From the IMG/VR virus record IMGVR_UViG_3300042934_000398, positions 35,444-99,443 of that record: a DNA stretch of 64,000 nt; one strand, written 5' to 3'. A program made the position numbers and the translations under genes. Numbering within the stretch: position 1 is the stretch's first letter; each line of letters opens with the position of its first letter. Below the pieces are notes generated by a model. It was given only the letters and a program-made list of their open reading frames with translations, was not told the origin of the DNA and made no database searches. This document shows positions 9,369 through 18,885 of the stretch, piece after piece. The DNA comes from a virus.

Positions 9369-10780
9369 GAAAAACGTTCTTAGATGATTTACCTGTAAAT
9401 TATAAGGGAATAGATTGGACTCATTGTTTGGGATATGAAATTAATTTTATATATGACGATATAATAGGAATAATTAAAATTATTAAGTATAACAAAGATA
9501 AGCAAACTTTAATAGTAAAATACAAAGATAAAATAAAACTAATAAAATGTAATAGTTTAAAAAACGCTTATTTAGCAAATGTTATTGGAAAACAATCTAA
9601 ATGGTTTAAGCTTGAAATTAGTACAAAAATCAAAGATAACAAGCGTAATTTAACTATATTAGATCAAGAATATCGCCGAGATAGTAAAGAACGGAAATGG
9701 AAATGGTATAGATATAAGTGCAATGTATGTGGTTGGGATAATGGATGGATTGAAGAAAATCGTTTATTATCAGGAAAAGGATGTTCATGTTGCGATGGCA
9801 AGACTGTTGTTGAAGGAATTAATGACATCCCAACTACTGCTCCATGGATGATTCCATATTTCAAATGTGGTTATGATGAAGCGAAGTTATATACACGTCG
9901 ATCACAGCAAAGAATATATCCTATTTGTCCTGATTGTGGAAGAGTAAAACAAAATAGTATACAAATATATTCGATTTATGAAAATCATTCAATAGGATGC
10001 ATCTGTAGAGATGGTATATCATATCCAAATAAATTAATTTATTATGTTATAGAACAATGCAAAAATCAATTTTATTCTTATGTAAGAGAATATAGTCCAG
10101 AATGGGCGATGGGTAAATTTTATGATTTATACTTAAAAACATTAGATAATAAAGAATATATTATTGAAATGGATGGTGCTATAGGTCATGGTAATAAAAT
10201 ATTACCTAATTCAGAGATTACATTACAAGAAAGCATAGAAATAGATAATTTAAAAAATAGCTTAGCCAATGAACATAAAATTGATATAATCAGAGTTGAT
10301 TGTATACAAAGTGATTTAGAATACATAAAAAATAATATTTTAAATAGTAGAATTAATAATATCCTAGATTTATCAAGTGTTAATTGGAAACAATGTGATG
10401 AAATGGCAACAAAAAGTTTGGTTAAAATAGTATGTAATATTTACAGTAAAAACACATTATTATCGACGGCAGATATTTCAGATATGGTAGGTATTCATCA
10501 AAGCACTGTGAGAGTATATTTGATTAAAGGTACAAAATTTGGTTGGTGCAAATATAATCCTGAAGAAGTCACAAATAAAAATCACATAAAAATTTGGGAT
10601 AATAATCGTAAAAAAGTTATATGCACAACAACAAATAAAAAATTTAATTCAATAATAGAAGCGTCAAAATATTATGGATTAAAATCTTCATCTGGCATAG
10701 GTGAATGTTGTAATAAAAAAATAAAGTCAGCTGGAAAATTGCCTGACGGAACAAAGCTACAATGGGAATATATTAGATAA
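9365..10780 (+). CDS. Free-standing putative homing endonuclease (Zn ribbons, Vsr/DUF559-like PD-(D/E)xK domain, NUMOD-like C-terminus)
   Basis: CNVCG, CSCC, CPDCG; FYDLY...IIEMDG..H; KKVICTTTNKKFNSIIEASKYY. Confidence 0.7.
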   Translation: MRKTFLDDLPVNYKGIDWTHCLGYEINFIYDDIIGIIKIIKYNKDKQTLIVKYKDKIKLIKCNSLKNAYLANVIGKQSKWFKLEISTKIKDNKRNLTILDQEYRRDSKERKWKWYRYKCNVCGWDNGWIEENRLLSGKGCSCCDGKTVVEGINDIPTTAPWMIPYFKCGYDEAKLYTRRSQQRIYPICPDCGRVKQNSIQIYSIYENHSIGCICRDGISYPNKLIYYVIEQCKNQFYSYVREYSPEWAMGKFYDLYLKTLDNKEYIIEMDGAIGHGNKILPNSEITLQESIEIDNLKNSLANEHKIDIIRVDCIQSDLEYIKNNILNSRINNILDLSSVNWKQCDEMATKSLVKIVCNIYSKNTLLSTADISDMVGIHQSTVRVYLIKGTKFGWCKYNPEEVTNKNHIKIWDNNRKKVICTTTNKKFNSIIEASKYYGLKSSSGIGECCNKKIKSAGKLPDGTKLQWEYIR

Positions 10781-10824
10781 GCAGACCAATGATGCTTTTT
10801 ATTGGGATTTAGGAGGTGAGACAA

Positions 10825-11265
10825 ATGAAATTAAAGGATAAAATTAGGCATAAACTAATAAAGTTTCTATTGATAGACGAGGTAGAAAAAAATTGTATTG
10901 AAGAAACTAAAAACGTCAAAAGAGAATTAGATAAAGAAATACTTCATTTAAATAGTGGATGCGATAATTTATTTCAGTCTATAAGGCAAATAGATGCAAA
11001 TGTTAAAAATAATAAAGAATCAATAGATATATTACATAATACAATCAGAAATGTAGTTTCGGTAGGAGCAGATGTAATTCCATATGAAAATAATAGAAGT
11101 TGGGCGGTAGTTTGTATAGAAGGAAATTATAATCTTGTCAAATTTATTGATTTACATGGTGCAGACTATAGGCAGATTTTAAACTTTCTCAAACAATATG
11201 AAGGTTCAAGAATGGTTGTTGATGCACCTAACCCAAGATATTTTGAGAGTATGTTTAAGTTTTGA
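10825..11265 (+). CDS. Hypothetical protein
   Basis: AGGAGGTG RBS. Confidence 0.7.
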   Translation: MKLKDKIRHKLIKFLLIDEVEKNCIEETKNVKRELDKEILHLNSGCDNLFQSIRQIDANVKNNKESIDILHNTIRNVVSVGADVIPYENNRSWAVVCIEGNYNLVKFIDLHGADYRQILNFLKQYEGSRMVVDAPNPRYFESMFKF

Positions 11266-11315
11266 TAAAAGTTGTATTTTATTGTAAATAATATAAATCA
11301 TAGGAGGTGAAATAA

Positions 11316-11543
11316 ATGAGTAATAGTAGTTCAAAAAGTAGTAGTGGAATGGGAGTATTGGGAGTATTGCAGATAGTATTTATTGTTTTAAAGTTATGTG
11401 GAGTTATTAAATGGTCATGGTTAACTGTATTTATTCCGCTTTGGATTGAATTAGCTTTAGTAGCAATTGTATTAATTATTATTGCAATAGCTGGTAAATC
11501 AGTTGGTGGAAGGAAGAATAGGAGCAATAAAATCAAATGGTAG
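11316..11543 (+). CDS. Small membrane protein (LKLxGVIxWSW family)
   Basis: Two hydrophobic segments; paralogue at 11743. Confidence 0.75.
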   Translation: MSNSSSKSSSGMGVLGVLQIVFIVLKLCGVIKWSWLTVFIPLWIELALVAIVLIIIAIAGKSVGGRKNRSNKIKW

Positions 11544-11725
11544 AATACATAGTTAAGAGTCAATTAAATCAATCACAATCAAACTTAGTAGATGCATTTA
11601 AATTAGAATGTTCTGCTTCTGATATTAAGCAAAATAAAGAAGCTAAAAGGCTTGCGAGATATATCAATAAGCATGGTAAAAGAACTGATAGGATTTGTAA
11701 CATGATATCTAAGTTATGTAAATAA
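11537..11725 (+). CDS. Hypothetical protein
   Basis: Overlapping ORF with RBS. Confidence 0.5.
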   Translation: MVEYIVKSQLNQSQSNLVDAFKLECSASDIKQNKEAKRLARYINKHGKRTDRICNMISKLCK

Positions 11726-11742
11726 AATTTGGAGGAATTAAG

Positions 11743-11943
11743 ATGGGCATTTGTGAAGTGCTAACAATTATTTTTGTGATCTGTAAGTTATTAGGTGTTA
11801 TTTCTTGGTCATGGTTTTTAGTATTATTACCGGAGATTATTGCAGTGGTGTTGTATGTTTTGATTTTTGTATTTCAAGTATCAATATTTAAGAAAGCTAC
11901 AAAGAATTTTGATAAATTCGATGACAAATTTTTTAAGTTCTAA
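11743..11943 (+). CDS. Small membrane protein (KLLGVISWSW family)
   Basis: Hydrophobic; paralogue of 11316. Confidence 0.75.
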   Translation: MGICEVLTIIFVICKLLGVISWSWFLVLLPEIIAVVLYVLIFVFQVSIFKKATKNFDKFDDKFFKF

Positions 11944-12158
11944 TTAAGGAGAGAGATGATATGTTTAGGATTAACAGTCCACCTAATTACAAATAATAAT
12001 AGACAACATATGGTGTATTGCAAGTAATCAACAACAATATATAGACGATAAAAGCACATCAATTCGGGGTTTTATTCGGTATTTATAACCACATAAATAG
12101 ATAATAATAAACAAGGCAACTATTAAAAATTATAATACATAATAAGGAGAAATAAAAT

Positions 12159-13352
12159 ATGGCAAAGTATGAACGCAAGAAATTAGAAAAGAAAAATTGG
12201 ACAGCAAATTTCGCATTAATCGGAGAAGCAAAAGTTAATGATTTTACATTTAAGATTGATGAAAAATCAGAAAAGTCTGATTGGGTTTACAATGTATTGA
12301 ATCTCGGTGTTGACTGTGGAGAAAAACATGGTGTAGTTTACACAGAGTTGATGGGGGGATATGGTTCTGAGAGAGACAATATTCTATATGTGCATGGAAA
12401 AAAAGAAGATGGAAAAGATGATTTTGATAACAGATTTACTATTGATTGGGATGATCGTTTTGATGAAAGTGTGTTATCTGAAATCGGAGAAATGTGTTTC
12501 TTAACTGTAGGACTTGAAAAAGATAAGAAAGATAAAACATTCTACAAGAAATTCTTATCTCCATATGATGCAATTGCATATATAAAAGAAAACCTACAAG
12601 AAGGAACAGTGTTAAATGTTAAAGGTAATTTAAAATATCAGTTATATAACGATAATGTAACTGTTAAGAAAGAAATTACAAGTATTGTACTTTCAGGAGC
12701 AGAAGATTCAAGTAAGTATCGTGCTAAATTTACACAAACTCTTCTATTAACAAAAGATAGTCTTGACAAACCAGACAAAGATAAAGGTGTATTACCTGTA
12801 TATGCAAAGGTTCTTGAGTATGTTAAAGATTACAAAGGCAAGGAAGTAAAACAGTTTATTCCTATCACTAGATTATTTGAATATGAAGTTGACTTAACAA
12901 AAAGAGAACTTGTTGAAAAAGTCGTAGCTAAATTATTCAAAGTAAAAAAAGGTGTTACAGAGATTACATTCGAAGGAGATTTCGTTGAGGGTGGTGCTGT
13001 GGTAACTGCGACAGAAGATGATTTGCCACAGGATATTAAGGATTTGATTGAAATTGGAGCATACACACTTGAAGAAGCACTTGCAAAATGTACTGTAGGT
13101 GGTGGCAAAGAAAGACGAATGATTCTTAGAAAACCTGTATTCAAGATGGTTGGCGAAGAAGGCAAGGAAGTTCCTGTTGTACAAAAAACAGAAGAGAAAT
13201 ATGCAGAAGAAGATTTAATTCTTGATTTTATGATTGAGTTTGGCGAGGAAGAAGAAGCAGAAGAAGATCAAGATGATAACAATGAAGACGATGCAGAAAA
13301 TGTTGAAGAAACTTCTACAGAAGAAGATAATTCTTGGTTGGATAATCTATAA
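12159..13352 (+). CDS. Putative phage single-stranded DNA-binding protein
   Basis: Heads the replication operon; beta-rich body, long acidic tail ending SWLDNL. Confidence 0.6.
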   Translation: MAKYERKKLEKKNWTANFALIGEAKVNDFTFKIDEKSEKSDWVYNVLNLGVDCGEKHGVVYTELMGGYGSERDNILYVHGKKEDGKDDFDNRFTIDWDDRFDESVLSEIGEMCFLTVGLEKDKKDKTFYKKFLSPYDAIAYIKENLQEGTVLNVKGNLKYQLYNDNVTVKKEITSIVLSGAEDSSKYRAKFTQTLLLTKDSLDKPDKDKGVLPVYAKVLEYVKDYKGKEVKQFIPITRLFEYEVDLTKRELVEKVVAKLFKVKKGVTEITFEGDFVEGGAVVTATEDDLPQDIKDLIEIGAYTLEEALAKCTVGGGKERRMILRKPVFKMVGEEGKEVPVVQKTEEKYAEEDLILDFMIEFGEEEEAEEDQDDNNEDDAENVEETSTEEDNSWLDNL

Positions 13353-13382
13353 AAAATAATAATATACACAAAACTATTAACT

Positions 13383-13410
13383 TGCTACTGTCTGAAATAT
13401 GGCAGTAGCA
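13383..13410 (+). terminator. Intergenic hairpin
   Basis: TGCTACTG...CAGTAGCA. Confidence 0.5.
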
Positions 13411-13438
13411 TACAACATGAATATAAGGAGATTATTGA

Positions 13439-14551
13439 ATGGGAAAATACGGAAAAAAGAATCATGTTAAACTAGATCCATTAGCTTATAACTTATGCCT
13501 TCTTGGAGAATCAAAAGTTGGAAAAACTACACTTATTAAAGAAGTATGTGAAAAGTTGGCAGGAGATGATGGATACTTATTTTTAGAATGTTTCCACGAA
13601 GCAGGTGCAGACGCAATTGAAGGAATTAATTATGAAGATGTTCCTGATTGGGAGTATTTTGAGGAAATTTGTGAAGACATTATTGATAACAAGACTAAAG
13701 ATTATGCAGAATTAAAAACAGTTGTCATTGATACATACGATCAATTAATTACTCTAGCAGAACAGGAGTCAATTAGATTGTGGAATAGAGACAATCCCGA
13801 CAAAAGAGCAGATAGTATTAATGCTGCATGGGGAGGTTTTGGTAAAGGAGAAAAGAAAGCAATTGAACTTATGTTTAATAAGTTTGCCGAGTTAAGGAGA
13901 GTTGGGGTTGCAACAATTATTATTGGTCACGTAAAAACAAAAGATGTTACAGATGTTGTTAGTGGTGAAACATATCAGACACTTACAAGTGATCAACAAC
14001 AGAATTATTTCAACGCTTTAAAGAAAAATCTTCACTTCTTGGGACTTGCATACATAGATAGAACTATCATAAAAGAAAAAACTGGAAAGAAAAATATTGT
14101 TACAAAGAAAGAAGAAACTGTAAGTAAAGTACAGGAAGAAACAAGGAAAATTAAGTTTAGAGATGATAATTTCTGTGTAGATAGTGGTTCAAGATTTGCT
14201 GAAATTGTTTCTGAAATTGATTTGAATGCAGATCAATTTATTAAGGCGATTACTGACGCAATTAAAGCAGAACAGTCTAAGTCTGGCAAAACATTAGAAC
14301 AGACCAAAGAAGAACAGGCAAAAGAAGAGGCTGATAAGATAAAATCTATTGCTAAAGCAGAAGAAGATAACAAATCAAAAAAAGCTTTAAACGAAAAAAT
14401 TGCTATGATTACTGAATATATCAAAGAGAATAAGTCAGATATGAGCTTAATTAAACCTATTTTAGAGTTAAGCAAAGAGTTGGGTTATTCAAAACCAACA
14501 GATATTACCGATGTTGATGATGCAGATAAAGTATTAGAACTCATCAAATAA
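13439..14551 (+). CDS. AAA-family ATPase (Sak4/AAA_24-like)
   Basis: GESKVGKTT Walker A, VVIDT Walker B, IIGH. Confidence 0.85.
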   Translation: MGKYGKKNHVKLDPLAYNLCLLGESKVGKTTLIKEVCEKLAGDDGYLFLECFHEAGADAIEGINYEDVPDWEYFEEICEDIIDNKTKDYAELKTVVIDTYDQLITLAEQESIRLWNRDNPDKRADSINAAWGGFGKGEKKAIELMFNKFAELRRVGVATIIIGHVKTKDVTDVVSGETYQTLTSDQQQNYFNALKKNLHFLGLAYIDRTIIKEKTGKKNIVTKKEETVSKVQEETRKIKFRDDNFCVDSGSRFAEIVSEIDLNADQFIKAITDAIKAEQSKSGKTLEQTKEEQAKEEADKIKSIAKAEEDNKSKKALNEKIAMITEYIKENKSDMSLIKPILELSKELGYSKPTDITDVDDADKVLELIK

Positions 14552-14614
14552 CTAGTTTGAATTAGAAATAGGGAGTGTTTATTGCACTCCCTTAATATTA
14601 AAGGTGGTGAATTT

Positions 14615-15070
14615 ATGGCAAAAATGACAAAGGAAGAATTAAAACAATGGGATGATTTATATTGGTATGTAAAAAAAGAGATAATGCTATATGATGAAAA
14701 TCAGGCATTACCAAACAATATTGTATTAAGGTTAAAAGGACTGACGCAAGGTAAATTAATAGCAAATAATAAAACAGAAAACAAAGCTAAATATACATAT
14801 GAAACAATTTTATATACATTCAAAATATGTAAAACAACAATTATGAGTGCATTATATGGTAAAACATTTAAAAATGAAATGAGTAAATTTATATATATCG
14901 CAGCAATAGTAGAAAACAATATTAACGATGTTTATATGAGAATTAGCAATGCTAAGAAATCACAAGAAAAAACAGAAGTAATTAACATAGATACTGTTTG
15001 TCATGAATGTGCTGAATACACAAGAAAGACAGATGATAAGGTAAATAAAAAATTAGAGGGGTTATGGTGA
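14615..15070 (+). CDS. Conserved phage replication-operon protein
   Basis: Lies between ATPase and helicase as in SPbeta-like phages; AAGGTGGTG RBS. Confidence 0.65.
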   Translation: MAKMTKEELKQWDDLYWYVKKEIMLYDENQALPNNIVLRLKGLTQGKLIANNKTENKAKYTYETILYTFKICKTTIMSALYGKTFKNEMSKFIYIAAIVENNINDVYMRISNAKKSQEKTEVINIDTVCHECAEYTRKTDDKVNKKLEGLW

Positions 15071-15071
15071 T

Positions 15072-16571
15072 ATGGCGACAAATAAAAGTATAAAATTGAC
15101 ACCATTCCAAGAGGAATTGGTTGCAACTTTAAAAAAAGTGAATGAATTTAAAGAGGCTTGTGAAGCCAATGTTGTTGCTATTTTATATAAACAACCTGAA
15201 TTAATATATGAAACAAATTTAAAGTTGGATGATTTTAATAGTAATGTATGGAGAGTTTATTTCACAATAGCCAATGATTTAATTCAAGTTGAGGATAAAA
15301 AGATTTTAGACGAGATTACAGTTGGTCTATACCTTGAGAAGCACTCAAAATTAAGTAAACAATATGATGAGTATAATGGGTATGAAACAATTTCAAAAGC
15401 TGGTTCATATGTAAAGGTTGAAAATTTTGATGGATATATTAAGGATTTAAAAAAATGGAATAAAGTCATTCAGTTAGCTAAGTGGGGTTTTCCAGTAAAG
15501 GATAGATTGAGTGATTATTGCGATATGAAAGCTGAAGATATCTATAACGAATTTGAAACATTTATTAATCATATGTTTATGGACGTTGAAGGAGAAGTTA
15601 AAAGTTATAATGCTTTTGATGGATTACATGAGTTAATAGATGAGCTTGATAAGGGTGCAGGTATTGGATTGCCATTACATAATTGTGAAATACTTAATAA
15701 GGAAATAGGTGGTTTAAATCCAAACGGAAACATATATGGTCTAGGTGCTAACTCTGGAATAGGTAAATCAACAACTGCAATTAACTATATTTTCCCATCA
15801 ATAATTAAATACGACGAAAAAATAGTTATGATGATCAATGAAGAAGATCAAACAAAAGTACAAAAAGAGTTATTAATATGGGTAGCAAACAATATTTTCA
15901 AAGAAGAATTGCATAAATACATATTAAGAGATGGAAAATTTAGTGAAGAAACAAAAAAATTACTTAGAAAATGTGCTGATTGGTTGGCAGAAAAAAAAGA
16001 CAATAAGAATATTACAGTTATACCTCTTGAAAGATATTCAGCTAAAACTGCAATTAAGATTATTAAGAAGTACAGTGGTTTAGGATGTAAGTATTTTATA
16101 CTTGATACTCTAAAAGAAAGTTGTGATGCTAAATCAGACGAAATATTTAAATCCATGATGCGTGATACAGTGGAATTATATGATGTTGTAAAACCTTCAG
16201 CAAAAAATGTATGCCTATTTATGACATATCAGTTAGGAAAGGCAAGTATTAAACAAAGATATTTAACTAACAATGAAATAGGACAGGCAAAGTCTATTGT
16301 CGATGTAATGTCTGTAAATCTTATGATGAGAAAACCTTTTGATGATGAGTATGCAGGTGGAAAACGTGAAATAGTGGGATATAAGTTAGAAGGAAAGAAT
16401 GGCAAAAGTAGAATACCATTTAAGCTAGACAGAGAGAAACATTATATGATTATGTTTATTCCTAAGAACAGATTTGGACAGACAGACGCATTTCAAATTA
16501 TTAGTGAATATAACTTATCAACAAATGTTTATAAAGATATTGGTATTACAAATATAGTACAAGACTTCTAA
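15072..16571 (+). CDS. DnaB-like replicative helicase
   Basis: ANSGIGKS Walker A, ILDTLK, TYQL, KNRFG. Confidence 0.9.
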   Translation: MATNKSIKLTPFQEELVATLKKVNEFKEACEANVVAILYKQPELIYETNLKLDDFNSNVWRVYFTIANDLIQVEDKKILDEITVGLYLEKHSKLSKQYDEYNGYETISKAGSYVKVENFDGYIKDLKKWNKVIQLAKWGFPVKDRLSDYCDMKAEDIYNEFETFINHMFMDVEGEVKSYNAFDGLHELIDELDKGAGIGLPLHNCEILNKEIGGLNPNGNIYGLGANSGIGKSTTAINYIFPSIIKYDEKIVMMINEEDQTKVQKELLIWVANNIFKEELHKYILRDGKFSEETKKLLRKCADWLAEKKDNKNITVIPLERYSAKTAIKIIKKYSGLGCKYFILDTLKESCDAKSDEIFKSMMRDTVELYDVVKPSAKNVCLFMTYQLGKASIKQRYLTNNEIGQAKSIVDVMSVNLMMRKPFDDEYAGGKREIVGYKLEGKNGKSRIPFKLDREKHYMIMFIPKNRFGQTDAFQIISEYNLSTNVYKDIGITNIVQDF

Positions 16572-16610
16572 TAATAAATAATAATAAACAATGGAAAGGA
16601 TGATATTTAC

Positions 16611-17708
16611 TTGGATGTTGTAAGTTTAAAAGAATACATATACAAAGAAAACAAAATTGAATACATATTAGAACAGATTGGATGTCATTCGATTAAATAT
16701 CATCCTAATAAAGAGTATTTTTCATGTGGAAACATTAGTAATAAAGATGGCGATGGAGATAATATCAATGCAATTAATATTAAAAACAACATGTATTTAA
16801 ATTGCGTTAATTATACAAGAAAAAAACATTTTGATGATAAATCTGATTTGATTACATTAATACAATACAACAAAGATTTATCATTTAAAAAGGCTATGAG
16901 ATATACACATAATTTATTAGGATTGCAATTTACATATAAAAAAGAAGAAGAAAAGAAAAAGGATGTTTTTGATCCACTTGCAGTATTTAAGAAAGTTAAA
17001 AAATACAGAAAGCAAAACAATGTATCAGATATAGAAGTGTTAGATGATGAGATACTAGAAGATTATACACCATGTATTCATGTTAATTGGGTTAAGGAAG
17101 GAATTACTCAATATACAGTAAACAAGTTTCAATTAGGATATAGCTTTAGAAGACAGAGAGTTATAATCCCTGTTAGGTATTGGCTTACTGGCGAATTAAT
17201 TGGTATCACTGGAAGAACTATGGTAGAAAACTATGATGAATTTGATATACCAAAATATTTTGCTATTAAGCCATATACAAAAACTATTAATCTGTATGGA
17301 TTGTATGAAAACTATGAAACTATTGAAAAGGCTGGATATGCGATAATTTGGGAGTCTGAGAAATCGGTTTTAAAACGTCATAGTTTGTTGGATGGTACTG
17401 GTGTTGCAGTTGGTTGTCATGATATTTCTGATGAACAAGTAAGAATACTATTAGGATTAAATATTAGTGAGATAATTATAAGCTTTGATAAAGGTATAGA
17501 TATAGATTATATAAGACATTGTTGTGAAAAGTTTTATCACTTACGAAAGGTAAGTTATATATATGATAAATGGGATTTATTAGAAGACAAAGAAGCTCCT
17601 GCCGACAAGCCAAATAAGATATATGAGTTTTTATTTAAGTATAGGACAGTCTATGATGAATTTGAACATAAAGAATATTTGAAATCACTAGAAAGGAAGA
17701 TTAAATGA
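16611..17708 (+). CDS. DNA primase (TOPRIM, phage type)
   Basis: RVIIP...GITGR, NLYGL, WESEKS, ISFD; follows helicase. Confidence 0.8.
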   Translation: MDVVSLKEYIYKENKIEYILEQIGCHSIKYHPNKEYFSCGNISNKDGDGDNINAINIKNNMYLNCVNYTRKKHFDDKSDLITLIQYNKDLSFKKAMRYTHNLLGLQFTYKKEEEKKKDVFDPLAVFKKVKKYRKQNNVSDIEVLDDEILEDYTPCIHVNWVKEGITQYTVNKFQLGYSFRRQRVIIPVRYWLTGELIGITGRTMVENYDEFDIPKYFAIKPYTKTINLYGLYENYETIEKAGYAIIWESEKSVLKRHSLLDGTGVAVGCHDISDEQVRILLGLNISEIIISFDKGIDIDYIRHCCEKFYHLRKVSYIYDKWDLLEDKEAPADKPNKIYEFLFKYRTVYDEFEHKEYLKSLERKIK

Positions 17709-18874
17709 GAAAAACATACGAAGAGTTAAATAATATAAAAGATAAATATGGAGTTGATACACTATGGAGTTGGTCACGATATTATAAATACAAGACTTCT
17801 CCATATGAATATTTCTTATCATATGTAGTAAATCCTAAAGTAAAACCAGATAGAGATGATTCAATATATGGTGCTAGTGGAGGATTTGCACACGACATCT
17901 TAGAGAAGTTTTATAAAAAAGAAATTACATACAATGAATTAGCTACTGAATTTGACGATGCAGCAATTACATTAGAAGTTGCAGATTTGAAATTTGATAG
18001 AAGTAATGAAGAAAAGAACGATACAATCAAAGAAAAGTATATGGCTAATTTAAAACACTTCTTCAAGAATCATAAACCTATTACAGTAAAAGTAGATTTA
18101 GAAAGATTTATTACAATTAAAGTAGGTAAATATATATTTCAAGGATATATTGATCTAACAAAGAAGGATTCAGATGGTAATTTTATTATTCAGGATTGGA
18201 AAACATCTTCAATTTATAAAGGAGAAAAAGCAATTGGAGAGGCAGGACAGCTTATTTTATATGCAGAAGGATTACGACAATTAGGTATTCCACTAGAAAA
18301 AATTAAAATATGTTGGAACTTCCTTAAATATGTTAACGTTACAACTGAATTAAAGAATGGTAAAAATAATATTAGACAAATAGAACGATGTAAGATAGGA
18401 GAAAGTTTAAAAGCAAACTCAAAAACATGGTTGAAACATTTCGGTTATAGCGAAGAAGAGATTGACGACTATATTGAATTGCTAATCACAACCAATGACA
18501 TTAAATGTCTACCAAAAGAAGTGCAAGAAAAATATATTATTGATGATTGTTATATATTTGTAGATTTAACACAGGATCTTATTGATGAATTGAAAGAAGA
18601 TATTGTTAAAACTCTTGATGAGATTTGTGACATAGAAGAACGATATAAAATAACTAAAGATGAGTCACTATTCTTTGATTCAGATGAAAGCGTAGATAAA
18701 CAAAGTTATTATTTTGCTAATTTATGTTCTTATTCAGCAAATTTACATAAACCATATAAGAAATATTTAGATAAATTAGAAACCAAAAAGAATGGAACTG
18801 ATATGTTTGGTGGAGTTGGCAGTGATTTAAACGATAATGAAACAGATGATTTGGAATGGTTAAATAGTTTATAG
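17705..18874 (+). CDS. PD-(D/E)xK nuclease (RecB/AddB-like)
   Basis: SWSR, GYIDL, DWKTS, QLILYA. Confidence 0.85.
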   Translation: MRKTYEELNNIKDKYGVDTLWSWSRYYKYKTSPYEYFLSYVVNPKVKPDRDDSIYGASGGFAHDILEKFYKKEITYNELATEFDDAAITLEVADLKFDRSNEEKNDTIKEKYMANLKHFFKNHKPITVKVDLERFITIKVGKYIFQGYIDLTKKDSDGNFIIQDWKTSSIYKGEKAIGEAGQLILYAEGLRQLGIPLEKIKICWNFLKYVNVTTELKNGKNNIRQIERCKIGESLKANSKTWLKHFGYSEEEIDDYIELLITTNDIKCLPKEVQEKYIIDDCYIFVDLTQDLIDELKEDIVKTLDEICDIEERYKITKDESLFFDSDESVDKQSYYFANLCSYSANLHKPYKKYLDKLETKKNGTDMFGGVGSDLNDNETDDLEWLNSL

Positions 18875-18885
18875 GAGGTGGTTAA

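Noticed and set aside
17705-18874. Cas4 or CRISPR adaptation gene
   Set aside because: Lacks the four-Cys Fe-S cluster pattern and sits in the replication operon
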